Notes under the pieces: generated by a model
Told to the model about the DNA's origin: nothing
The model's database searches: none
Seen by the model: only the letters and a program-made list of their open reading frames with translations
From: Polyangia bacterium
Lineage (GTDB): Bacteria; Myxococcota_A; Polyangia; Palsa-1104; JAEUJZ01
Assembly (NCBI GenBank): GCA_044222245.1
Contig: JBGANQ010000012.1
Coordinates: 11,844 to 75,843, forward strand
DNA: 64,000 nucleotides
Direction: 5' to 3'
Part shown: positions 19,269 through 26,240 of the stretch, piece after piece
How the letters are laid out: every line of letters starts with the position of its first letter
Position numbering within the stretch: the first letter of the stretch is position 1
Made by a program: the position numbers and the translations under genes

Positions 19269-19390
19269 AAATGTAACGATCGAGAGAAAACCCTGAGATC
19301 ACGTTCCGCGGCGGGGCAAAGTGCATGCAAATCACGGCGTAGGAACTTTGTTGCGAGCGGGCCGGCGGCCAGCGAAAAGGTCTGCGATGG

Positions 19391-19718
19391 CTAGCGTGAG
19401 GATCGCGCGACGAACGCGACCATCGCGACGTTGAGGAGCGGGTAGGCCAGCGCGGAGGCGAAGTCGGTGGTGTTGACGAGGTTGAGGGTCACGCGCAGCG
19501 GCTGCCCCTGCGGGCTGTTGGGGTCTCCGAGCAGGCTCGCGACCTCGGCCACCGAGCGCGCCAGCTCGAAGCGCAGGATCAATCTCTGCAGCGCCGCCAG
19601 AGGCAGGGCCTGGCTGCGCGCACCCTGGACGCCCATCAGCGCGCCGAGAATCAGGGCAGCAGCGCGGCGAGCAGGACGAGCCCGGCCGGGCTCCACAGCG
19701 GCGTGGATTGTCGGGGCA
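19391..19718 (-). pseudogene. Small membrane-protein gene with an apparent frame break
   Basis: ATG 19718 behind GGAG encodes MPRQSTPLWSPAGLVLLAALLP, then hits TGA. The track ORF 19391..19696 continues in another frame with ..LILGALMGVQG...LAYPLLNVAMVAFVARSSR. Together the two pieces read as one TM-containing protein. Confidence 0.35.
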
Positions 19719-19743
19719 TGGGGGCTCCGTGGGGTCGCAGACT

Positions 19744-20808
19744 TTAGGGCGACAGGACCTCGACCGCCGCTCCAGTGGCCACCACGAGCTGGGTGGCACT
19801 GACTGCCAGGCCGCGCGGCGTGCCGCTAAGGGCAGTCCGCCCAAGGACCCGGAACGTGTCGAGCTGCACCTTGACCAGCTGCGGCGAAGGGCTGCTGCCG
19901 ACTACGTAGGCGGTGGTCCCGGTGGCCGCGACGTGCACCGGTATCACGCCCAGGGCGGCGGCCGAGATGCTGCGCACGATGGGGCTGGTCGCCGGGTTGT
20001 TATCCAGGCGGGTCAAGTCAATGGCCGCCATGCCGTCGGGGTGAGCGGCGACGAGCAGGCTCTGCCCGGGGACGACGGCGCTCTGCACGGCGAAGTTTGC
20101 CGGGGCGGCGCTGCCAGGCGAGCTGAGCACGCGGCTGCTGCCGCTCACCAGCGAGACGCGGTCCAGCGTCGCCCCGGTCGCCATATTGAGCACTGTGATG
20201 CCGTAGGTGTTGCCATCGAAATCGGTCGCCACGTAGGCCCGGGTGCCGTCATCGCTCAGGGTCACATCGGGCTGGCCGGTGCCGAGGTCGCGGGTGAAGC
20301 TCCGGGTGAGCGTAGCGCCGGTGAGCGAGCCGGCGGTGAGCAGCCCCGTGCCACCGGAGACCACGAAACGGCCGCCGCCCGTTGCGATGCCCGAGAAGGG
20401 GCCGACCGGGACGCGCAGGGCGGTCGCGGCGAAGCTAGGGCTTGTCGGGGTGGCGAACGACAGGACATTCAGCGAGCCACTGCCGCCCTGGTTGGAGAAG
20501 TCGGGCCGCGCGCCCGGCGCTACCGCGTCCAGCACGTACACAGTGCTCCCCGCGACCGCGACATCGTGCGCGCGAATCGTATAGGAGACCGCGCTCCCGG
20601 TCTTGAGGTCCAGGACCCCAAGCGAGCTGCCGCGCGCGATATACGCCGTGGAGCCGCTGAGCGCCACGTTGGTGGCGCCCGGAAAGCTGTACGTGCTGGT
20701 AAGCGCCGAAGTGATGTCATCGACGTAGTCGGGCGCAGAGGGATCCGTGGCGGAGCCGCAGCCAAGAACCGGCAGCATGAGGAAACCGAGCCATTTCAAC
20801 GTTTGCAT
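19744..20808 (-). CDS. Lipoprotein, beta-propeller-like repeats (hypothetical)
   Basis: ATG 20808 lies behind TAGGAGG. The lipobox is LMLPVLGCGS. Repeated beta-strand units are present (TAYIARGSSLGVLDL; TVYVLDA; RAYVATDFDGN; TAYVVGS). Confidence 0.8.
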   Translation of the reverse strand: MQTLKWLGFLMLPVLGCGSATDPSAPDYVDDITSALTSTYSFPGATNVALSGSTAYIARGSSLGVLDLKTGSAVSYTIRAHDVAVAGSTVYVLDAVAPGARPDFSNQGGSGSLNVLSFATPTSPSFAATALRVPVGPFSGIATGGGRFVVSGGTGLLTAGSLTGATLTRSFTRDLGTGQPDVTLSDDGTRAYVATDFDGNTYGITVLNMATGATLDRVSLVSGSSRVLSSPGSAAPANFAVQSAVVPGQSLLVAAHPDGMAAIDLTRLDNNPATSPIVRSISAAALGVIPVHVAATGTTAYVVGSSPSPQLVKVQLDTFRVLGRTALSGTPRGLAVSATQLVVATGAAVEVLSP

Positions 20809-20962
20809 GAAGACCTCCTAAAGGAACTCGATGGGTAGGACTCGCGCCAAGGCGCGCGTGCCGCTTTATCACGACTGCGGTCACCCAAGGTGCTTGCAGC
20901 GCGCGCATTGGGGGAAAATTTCGCCTCAGCCGGCCGGCGCGATCGCCTATGCTGCCACTCCA

Positions 20963-21976
20963 ATGCTCACTTCAGCATCTACATTATCTGGCCTACTCGC
21001 TGCCGTCTGCGGGGAGCCGGCGGCCCATCGGCTGCTTGCTGTGGTGCGCGTAGACTCGCGGCTTCTCGAAAATAACTCAGCGGTGGTCAGCCGGGCCGAG
21101 CTCGCCCAGGCCATGAACTTGCTCCTCTTTGATGCGCTGCTCGGCGGCGTGCCCGAAGCCGAGCGCTACGTCCGCGAGGTGGCGGCGGCCGGTGGCCAGG
21201 TGGTGTTCGATCATGGAGCGCTGCGCACCGTCCTTGCGCCGAGCTGCGGCGCGCTCCCTCCGGGCGAGGCGGCGTTTACCCGCTTTCTCCGACCGCTCGG
21301 CTTTCGCTGCACCGGCACCTATCCTCTCACTCGGCTGCAGATGACCGGCCGCGCCTATACTCACGCCGACTTTCCCCAAGACATCGCCCAGTACTTTGTC
21401 AGCGAGCTCCATCCCGAGGCCTTCTCGCCGCCCTTCCAGGCCGCGGTCGCGCGGGTTGTGGCGAGCTCGATCGATCCGCTAGCGCCCGCCGATATCACCC
21501 GCATCGAGCGCCTGGGCCGTGATCACTTTCTGCCGCTCGCGCAGGCGGTCGAGCTCCTGCCCCGGCTCGTGCGCTGCTTCGGCCGTCACCACGAGCTCCC
21601 GGCCGCCGTCGACTATGAGACCCTGCTTGCCGAGTCGGCCGAGATGGCGTGGATCAGCACCGAAGGCAATGCCTTCAACCACGCGACCGACAGGGTGCCC
21701 GACGTCCAGGCGCTGGCCGAGGCGCTGCGGGCGCGCGGCTATCCGATTAAAGACTCGGTCGAGACTTCGAGCAGCGGGCGCGTCCGCCAGACCGCCCTGC
21801 GCGCCGCCATGGTGCGGCGGCCGCTAGAGGGGTCGCCGCCGCGGGAGGTGCCCGGCTCGTTTTATGAGTTCATCTCACGCGATAGCTATACCGATGAAAC
21901 GGGGCAGCGCCAGCTGGATCTGGCCTTCGACGCCGGCAACGCCACCGGCATCTTCAAGATGACCGTCGCGCCGTAA
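20963..21976 (+). CDS. DUF1338 family (HglS/YdcJ-like 2-oxoadipate dioxygenase/decarboxylase)
   Basis: I trimmed to ATG 20963. VFDHGALRTV, YFVSELHPEAF, NAFNHATDRV and FYEFISR match conserved DUF1338 motifs. Confidence 0.8.
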   Translation: MLTSASTLSGLLAAVCGEPAAHRLLAVVRVDSRLLENNSAVVSRAELAQAMNLLLFDALLGGVPEAERYVREVAAAGGQVVFDHGALRTVLAPSCGALPPGEAAFTRFLRPLGFRCTGTYPLTRLQMTGRAYTHADFPQDIAQYFVSELHPEAFSPPFQAAVARVVASSIDPLAPADITRIERLGRDHFLPLAQAVELLPRLVRCFGRHHELPAAVDYETLLAESAEMAWISTEGNAFNHATDRVPDVQALAEALRARGYPIKDSVETSSSGRVRQTALRAAMVRRPLEGSPPREVPGSFYEFISRDSYTDETGQRQLDLAFDAGNATGIFKMTVAP

Positions 21977-22038
21977 CCGGATCGGATGGCCGTCGCGCTG
22001 TAGCCGGGTCGCTGGCGCCGGCCAGGCGGCGACTGCGC

Positions 22039-23007
22039 TCAGGCGCCGGGCTCGGTCTCCGGTTGCGGCCCGCGCGGGCGCGCGCCCCGGCGGACGCCAA
22101 ACGAGAACAGGTCGGGGCGGTGGTAGTGCCCAGCGACATCCAGCGTCATGCTTTCCTCGCGCACACGGGTCAGATCAAGCTCGGCCACTATAAGCTCCGG
22201 GCGCTCCCACACCGGCTCGACAACATAACTCCCATCGGGCGCGATGACGGCGCTGCCGCCGCGCATCAACCAGGACTCGCGACTCTTGACCCGATCGGGA
22301 TGCGGCTCGAGCCCGGGGGGCAGCGCCGCGGCGCGCAGTAATGAGCCGACGGCGAGCACGTAGCAGCGGCTCTCGAAGGCGTAGTGCCGGCTGGCCAGCT
22401 GGTGTCGCTCGTGGACGGTGGGCCATACAGCAACGTGCACATCTTCCCCAGACTCATGCAGGGCGTGGCGAGCCAGCGGCATCCAGTGCTCCCAGCAGAT
22501 GAGGCCCCCCACCCGCACGCCGTCGGCCTCGACGACCCGCAGCCCGTCGGCATCACCGGGCCCCCAGACCAGTCGCTCGGTGTAGGTCGGCATCAGCTTG
22601 CGGTGGTGATTTATGAGCTCGCCGCTGCGGCCGATGGTCAAAAGTGAGTTGTACAGAGTGCCCCGGCCCGGTCCCGCGCCGACGCGCTCGACGACTCCGA
22701 TCACCAGCGTCGCCTGGACCGACCGCGCGACCTCGCGCAGCTCCAGGCCCGACTCGCCGTTTACCTCGATGCTGTTTGCCGCCATCTGCGCGTACGCTGC
22801 CTTGACCGGGGGGTGATCCCACAGCGCGGCGTCGCGACAACAGTCGAGCCATGCGGGGTAGCCGGGAATCCAGGTCTCGGGAAAAGCGATGAGGCGGGCG
22901 CCGCGCGCGGCGGCCTCGGAGGCGTACTTTTGCGTCTGCGCAAGCGCATCGCTGAGGGTGGACGCGACCTCGCCCTGCACCAGGGCAACGGTGATCCGGC
23001 TGCTCAT
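22039..23007 (-). CDS. Nitrilase / carbon-nitrogen hydrolase family
   Basis: I trimmed to ATG 23007 (MSSRITVALVQ). The catalytic triad context is AFPETWIPGYP (Glu), HHRKLMPT (Lys) and GGLICWEHWMP (Cys). Confidence 0.9.
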   Translation of the reverse strand: MSSRITVALVQGEVASTLSDALAQTQKYASEAAARGARLIAFPETWIPGYPAWLDCCRDAALWDHPPVKAAYAQMAANSIEVNGESGLELREVARSVQATLVIGVVERVGAGPGRGTLYNSLLTIGRSGELINHHRKLMPTYTERLVWGPGDADGLRVVEADGVRVGGLICWEHWMPLARHALHESGEDVHVAVWPTVHERHQLASRHYAFESRCYVLAVGSLLRAAALPPGLEPHPDRVKSRESWLMRGGSAVIAPDGSYVVEPVWERPELIVAELDLTRVREESMTLDVAGHYHRPDLFSFGVRRGARPRGPQPETEPGA

Positions 23008-23131
23008 TTCCGGACAATGCGCTTGCGAGCGGCCCAGTGTCAACGGCTCGCTGCCGCCGGCGCCGAGGCCCGGCCAGCCCGCGGCCCCGCGTGGAGCATT
23101 CAGCCAGCCGAGCGTGTAGGATTGCAGGGTC

Positions 23132-24415
23132 ATGACCACTGAGCGCAAGATTCCCGATGGGCGGCTTGGCCGACTGAGAAGACTGGCCGGGCTGGGGGCG
23201 CGGACCGGAGCGAGCCTGCTGCTCAACCGGGACGCTGGGGCAGCGGCGGCGCAGCAGGCGGCCGAGGTCCTGGGTACCCTGCGCGGGCTGGCCGCCAAGG
23301 TCGGCCAGATGGCCAGCTACATCGACGGCATGGTCCCCGACTCGCACCGCGAGGCGTATCAGACCGCCCTGCGCGGGCTGCGGGCCGCGGCGCCGACCTC
23401 GTCCCCGCAGCAGATCCGCCAGACCGTGGAAACAGAGCTGGCGGCGCCCCTGGACCAGCGGTTCTGCGAGTGGGATGACACACCGCTGGCCAGCGCCTCG
23501 ATCGGGCAGGTCCACCGGGCGCGCCTGCTCGACGGCCGCGAGGTGGCGGTCAAGGTCCAGCACCCCGGCATCGCCGCCGCGGTGGCAAGTGATCTGGAAA
23601 ACGCCGGGATGATCCAAGGTCTGGTCGGGATGCTCGGTCCGCGCCAGCTCAACTCCAAGGCCGTCTTCGCCGAGGTCAAGCAGCGCTTCGAGGAGGAGCT
23701 TGACTACACCCTGGAAGCAGAGCGGCAGATGTCCTTTCGCCGCCTGCACAGCGGCGACCCGCACATAGACATTCCCGAGGTGATCCCCGCCTGCTCTGCG
23801 CAGCGCGTCCTCACCACGCTGCTGGCGCGCGGGGCGAGCCTGGAAGAGGCCGCCGCGGCGCCGCGGGCCGAGCGCCGCCAGCACGCCGAGACGCTGTGGC
23901 GCTTCGTCTTCAAGGGGAACCTCGTAGGCGGCATGTTCAACGCCGACCCACATCCGGGAAACTACCTGTTCCAGCCGGCGGGGCGGATCGTCTTTCTCGA
24001 CTTCGGCTGCGTCCAGCCGATCGCCGGCGAACACCTGCAGCAGTCGCGCCGGGCTCACAAGGCGGCGCTGCGCGGCGACCAGGCGGCGTTTACCGCGGCG
24101 ATGACCCAGCTTTTGGGGACCAGCGGCGGCGCTTACGAGCGGGCCATGCTCGCCTACCTGCGCCGCTGCTTCGAGCCGCTGTTCAGCTCTCCCTACTGCA
24201 TAAATGCCGGCTACGTAAAGAGTCTGGTCGATGCCACGATGGACATGAAGCGCCTGGTCCTGACCAAGGACAGCGGCTTTGTCTCACCGCAAGAGGGCCT
24301 GCTGTTCATGAACCGCCTGCAGTTCGGGTTTTATTCCGTGCTCTCGCGCCTGGATGTCGAGGCGGACTATGCAGCCGTCGAGAACCGCTTCCTCGGCGAG
24401 GCCGGCCTGGCCTAG
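23132..24415 (+). CDS. ABC1/UbiB (AarF) atypical kinase family protein
   Basis: PLASASIGQVHRARLLDGREVAVKVQHPGI, EELDYTLEA and FNADPHPGNYLF..IVFLDFG are ABC1-family signatures. Confidence 0.9.
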   Translation: MTTERKIPDGRLGRLRRLAGLGARTGASLLLNRDAGAAAAQQAAEVLGTLRGLAAKVGQMASYIDGMVPDSHREAYQTALRGLRAAAPTSSPQQIRQTVETELAAPLDQRFCEWDDTPLASASIGQVHRARLLDGREVAVKVQHPGIAAAVASDLENAGMIQGLVGMLGPRQLNSKAVFAEVKQRFEEELDYTLEAERQMSFRRLHSGDPHIDIPEVIPACSAQRVLTTLLARGASLEEAAAAPRAERRQHAETLWRFVFKGNLVGGMFNADPHPGNYLFQPAGRIVFLDFGCVQPIAGEHLQQSRRAHKAALRGDQAAFTAAMTQLLGTSGGAYERAMLAYLRRCFEPLFSSPYCINAGYVKSLVDATMDMKRLVLTKDSGFVSPQEGLLFMNRLQFGFYSVLSRLDVEADYAAVENRFLGEAGLA

Positions 24416-24535
24416 CAGGCTGCGGCAAAGCGTAGCGAGCGGCCCGAGCTCGGGTTCGGGCGCGCGGAGCAGCCTGTTGGCTGTGAGCACGGCCGGGCCC
24501 GAAATCGGGTCGCGCAGTAGTTTTGCCTCAGCCTG

Positions 24536-25156
24536 CTAAGGGCGCGCGGTGGCCGCCGCGTACAGGGCGCGCAGGGCATCGCGCAGCTCGTCGTTTTCGA
24601 CCCGGGCGATGGTCGTCATCACCTCGAGGTCCGGCTTGGGCACCGGCCGCTTCTTGGTGGGAGCGCGGCGGGCCTTGGCGGTCCAGGCCTTGTAGTCCGG
24701 CAGATCTTTGATATTGCCGACGGCGAACTTGAAGCGCTTGATCTCTTTTATCGGGGAGGCCTTGGCGCGCTCGTAGGAGTCGCGATACTTTTCGGCGATG
24801 TGGCGCAGCTCCTCGTTGACCTGGGCGAGGACGATATCCTTGACATAGTGAAAGGTCGCCACCGTCGCTGAGCTGTCCATGCGCAGGTGCAGCGTGTCCT
24901 CCCACAGCTTCTCCGCGCGGACCATCGGCTCCAGGTGCGGCGCGCACTGGTGGCAGACCGCGGCGAAGACCTGCTGCGCCAGGCAGCCGCTCAGCTGCTC
25001 CCAGCTCTTGAGTCGCACCGCCGCCGCGACGATGAGCGCCCAGCCGCGAAACGGCCGGGCGAGCGGCCGCTTGTACGACCGCCGCCGGATCACCGTGGCC
25101 CCCGGCGGAATCAGCGGCTTCTCAGCTTGCGGAGCGGCAGGTGGCTTGGGCGGCAT
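24536..25156 (-). CDS. Hypothetical protein (possibly DUF721/DciA-like; tentative)
   Basis: 206-aa track ORF with coding-like composition, 17 nt downstream of the preceding same-strand gene. WEQLSG..LAQQ...LHLRMDSSATVATFHYVKDIVLAQVNEEL loosely resembles DUF721. Confidence 0.55.
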   Translation of the reverse strand: MPPKPPAAPQAEKPLIPPGATVIRRRSYKRPLARPFRGWALIVAAAVRLKSWEQLSGCLAQQVFAAVCHQCAPHLEPMVRAEKLWEDTLHLRMDSSATVATFHYVKDIVLAQVNEELRHIAEKYRDSYERAKASPIKEIKRFKFAVGNIKDLPDYKAWTAKARRAPTKKRPVPKPDLEVMTTIARVENDELRDALRALYAAATARP

Positions 25157-25173
25157 GGCGGTAGACCCGCATG

Positions 25174-25644
25174 CTAGGACAGCTCGGGTCGCGGAGCCAA
25201 CAAATGCGTCGCCATAAGGACCCCTACCCGCCCGACGACCTGCTGGAGCAGGCTGAGCTCGCGCCGGATAAACGGCAGGGCCGCATCAGCGATGTCCAGG
25301 TGCCGCCACGCCTGGGCGAGCTCGGCCGGCGCAAACGAACAGATAAGCGGATTGTACCAGTTGAGCGCCGTGACCACGCCCTGGGTCGCTGGGCTGGCGC
25401 TGACAATCGCCACCCGCATCGGCCGGCCGCAGAGGATCTTGTTGATCTCGGCGCGCTGGCTCAGGTTGGGCGAGCCACCATCGGTGAACACGATGCGACG
25501 GCCTTTGCTCGGATCGCTCGGGTAGCGCACGATGAGCGCCAGGAGCTGCTGCGAGTACTCGCGCCAGCCTTCCGCATCCGGCGGCTCGGCCGTGTGCAGC
25601 GAGATCAGCAGATCTTCCCACGCCCTGGTAGCCATCGTCCTCAT
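25174..25644 (-). CDS. Hypothetical protein (STAS/SpoIIAA-like fold suspected)
   Basis: 156-aa track ORF with good third-position GC bias. The motif ...RVAIVSASPATQGVVTALNWYNPLICSFAP... is typical of small myxobacterial STAS-like proteins. The call is low-specificity. Confidence 0.55.
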   Translation of the reverse strand: MRTMATRAWEDLLISLHTAEPPDAEGWREYSQQLLALIVRYPSDPSKGRRIVFTDGGSPNLSQRAEINKILCGRPMRVAIVSASPATQGVVTALNWYNPLICSFAPAELAQAWRHLDIADAALPFIRRELSLLQQVVGRVGVLMATHLLAPRPELS

Positions 25645-25663
25645 GTGCTGATCAAATCAGCAC
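25645..25663. promoter_or_regulatory. Perfect palindrome GTGCTGAT-caa-ATCAGCAC abutting the start codon of the 25174..25644 gene (candidate operator)
   Basis: The 8-bp arms are at 25645-25652 and 25656-25663, in a locally AT-richer stretch immediately 5' of the ATG (25644, minus strand). Confidence 0.25.
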
Positions 25664-25779
25664 TTATTGTACACCAAAACAACGACAGCACCGCCGCACT
25701 TGGCCCAGGCCAAGCAGCCCTTCCCGAACCTTCCCGCGCGCTGCCGGGTGCCCCGCCGCACAGAAGGGCCGGTCGGCCT

Positions 25780-25795
25780 CATGCGGCTTGAGGTC
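25780..25795. repeat. 16-nt exact copy (CATGCGGCTTGAGGTC) of the right kinase/insert junction, located mid-insert
   Basis: It is identical to 32737-32752. Both copies are confirmed by track translations (..GRPHAA* / MRSSAG.. here; ..GDRMRLEVLVHD.. at the junction). It contains the TGCGGCT heptamer at 25782-25788. Confidence 0.8.
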
Positions 25796-25989
25796 GAGCG
25801 CCGGGCGTCCCGATGCTGGCCGATACACCAGCTGCGGTGAAGAGCTGCTTGCGGAAGGATTACCCCAGGTGCCAGGGTCCGGCAGGACCCGGCGCTGCCT
25901 GCGCGAAAGGGGTGCCGGACGGCACAGGATCTTCTTGGATAAGTTGAGCCGAGCCGCCGAGAGCGGCTGGAGAGAGCGACCTGCGGCGC

Positions 25990-26121
25990 CTACTTGCCCT
26001 TCTTGCCCGACCCGGCCGCCGGGGCCGGAGTCGTCTTGGCCTTGTCGGCTTTCTTCTGATCCTTATTTGCCGTGTCTTGCTTCTTGGACTTGTCCTTGGC
26101 CTTTGGAGACTTGTCGCCCAT
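25990..26121 (-). CDS. Possible 43-aa lysine-rich micro-protein (below the track size cut-off)
   Basis: ATG 26121 to TAG 25990 encodes MGDKSPKAKDKSKKQDTANKDQKKADKAKTTPAPAAGSGKKGK. A weak AGGCGG precedes it. It lies in an otherwise empty 590-bp gap. Confidence 0.35.
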   Translation of the reverse strand: MGDKSPKAKDKSKKQDTANKDQKKADKAKTTPAPAAGSGKKGK

Positions 26122-26240
26122 GAGATCACCGCCTAAGGTTGAAGTGTCCAATCATCATCGGCTTCCCTTTGGGGAATGTCCAGTCGAAGCGCACCGCGCG
26201 CACCTTTTCCGGACCGGCCTGTCCCGCCGGCGGCGGCGCT

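Noticed and set aside
16942-19296. 784-aa plus-strand ORF antisense to the giant kinase gene
   Set aside because: Its composition is Arg/Gln/Leu/Pro filler with no motifs. The opposite strand carries unmistakable kinase, P-loop, GAF and PP2C motifs.
19269-19300. Terminal inverted repeats at the ends of the 13.47-kb insert
   Set aside because: Only a shared CGAGAGA heptamer at similar offsets (left end vs reverse-complemented right end), plus TGCGG-like ends, could be found by eye. That is too weak to call IRs or to assign a transposon family.
23008-23298. N-terminal extensions of several track ORFs: nitrilase to 23298, tilS to 56278, ftsH to 54156, DUF1338 from 20831, PhzF from 37775, STAS to 9543, SiaB-like to 14375
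   Set aside because: The extensions are Ala/Pro/Arg-rich, overlap neighbouring genes or terminators, and lack SD sequences. Internal starts with good SDs give family-typical lengths.
22553-24058. 501-aa minus-strand ORF spanning the nitrilase/UbiB divergent region
   Set aside because: It overlaps two well-supported genes on both strands and is Arg/Gly/Pro/Ala-rich with no motif.
24412-24538. 10-bp inverted repeat TAGCAGGCTG ... CAGCCTGCTA bracketing the 120-bp gap between the convergent UbiB gene and the 206-aa gene
   Set aside because: Each arm contains the stop codon of one of the convergent genes, and the arms are over 100 nt apart. The local short hairpins (CCCGAGCTCGGG, CCCGAaaTCGGG) are more plausible terminators. 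I treated this as probable coincidence.
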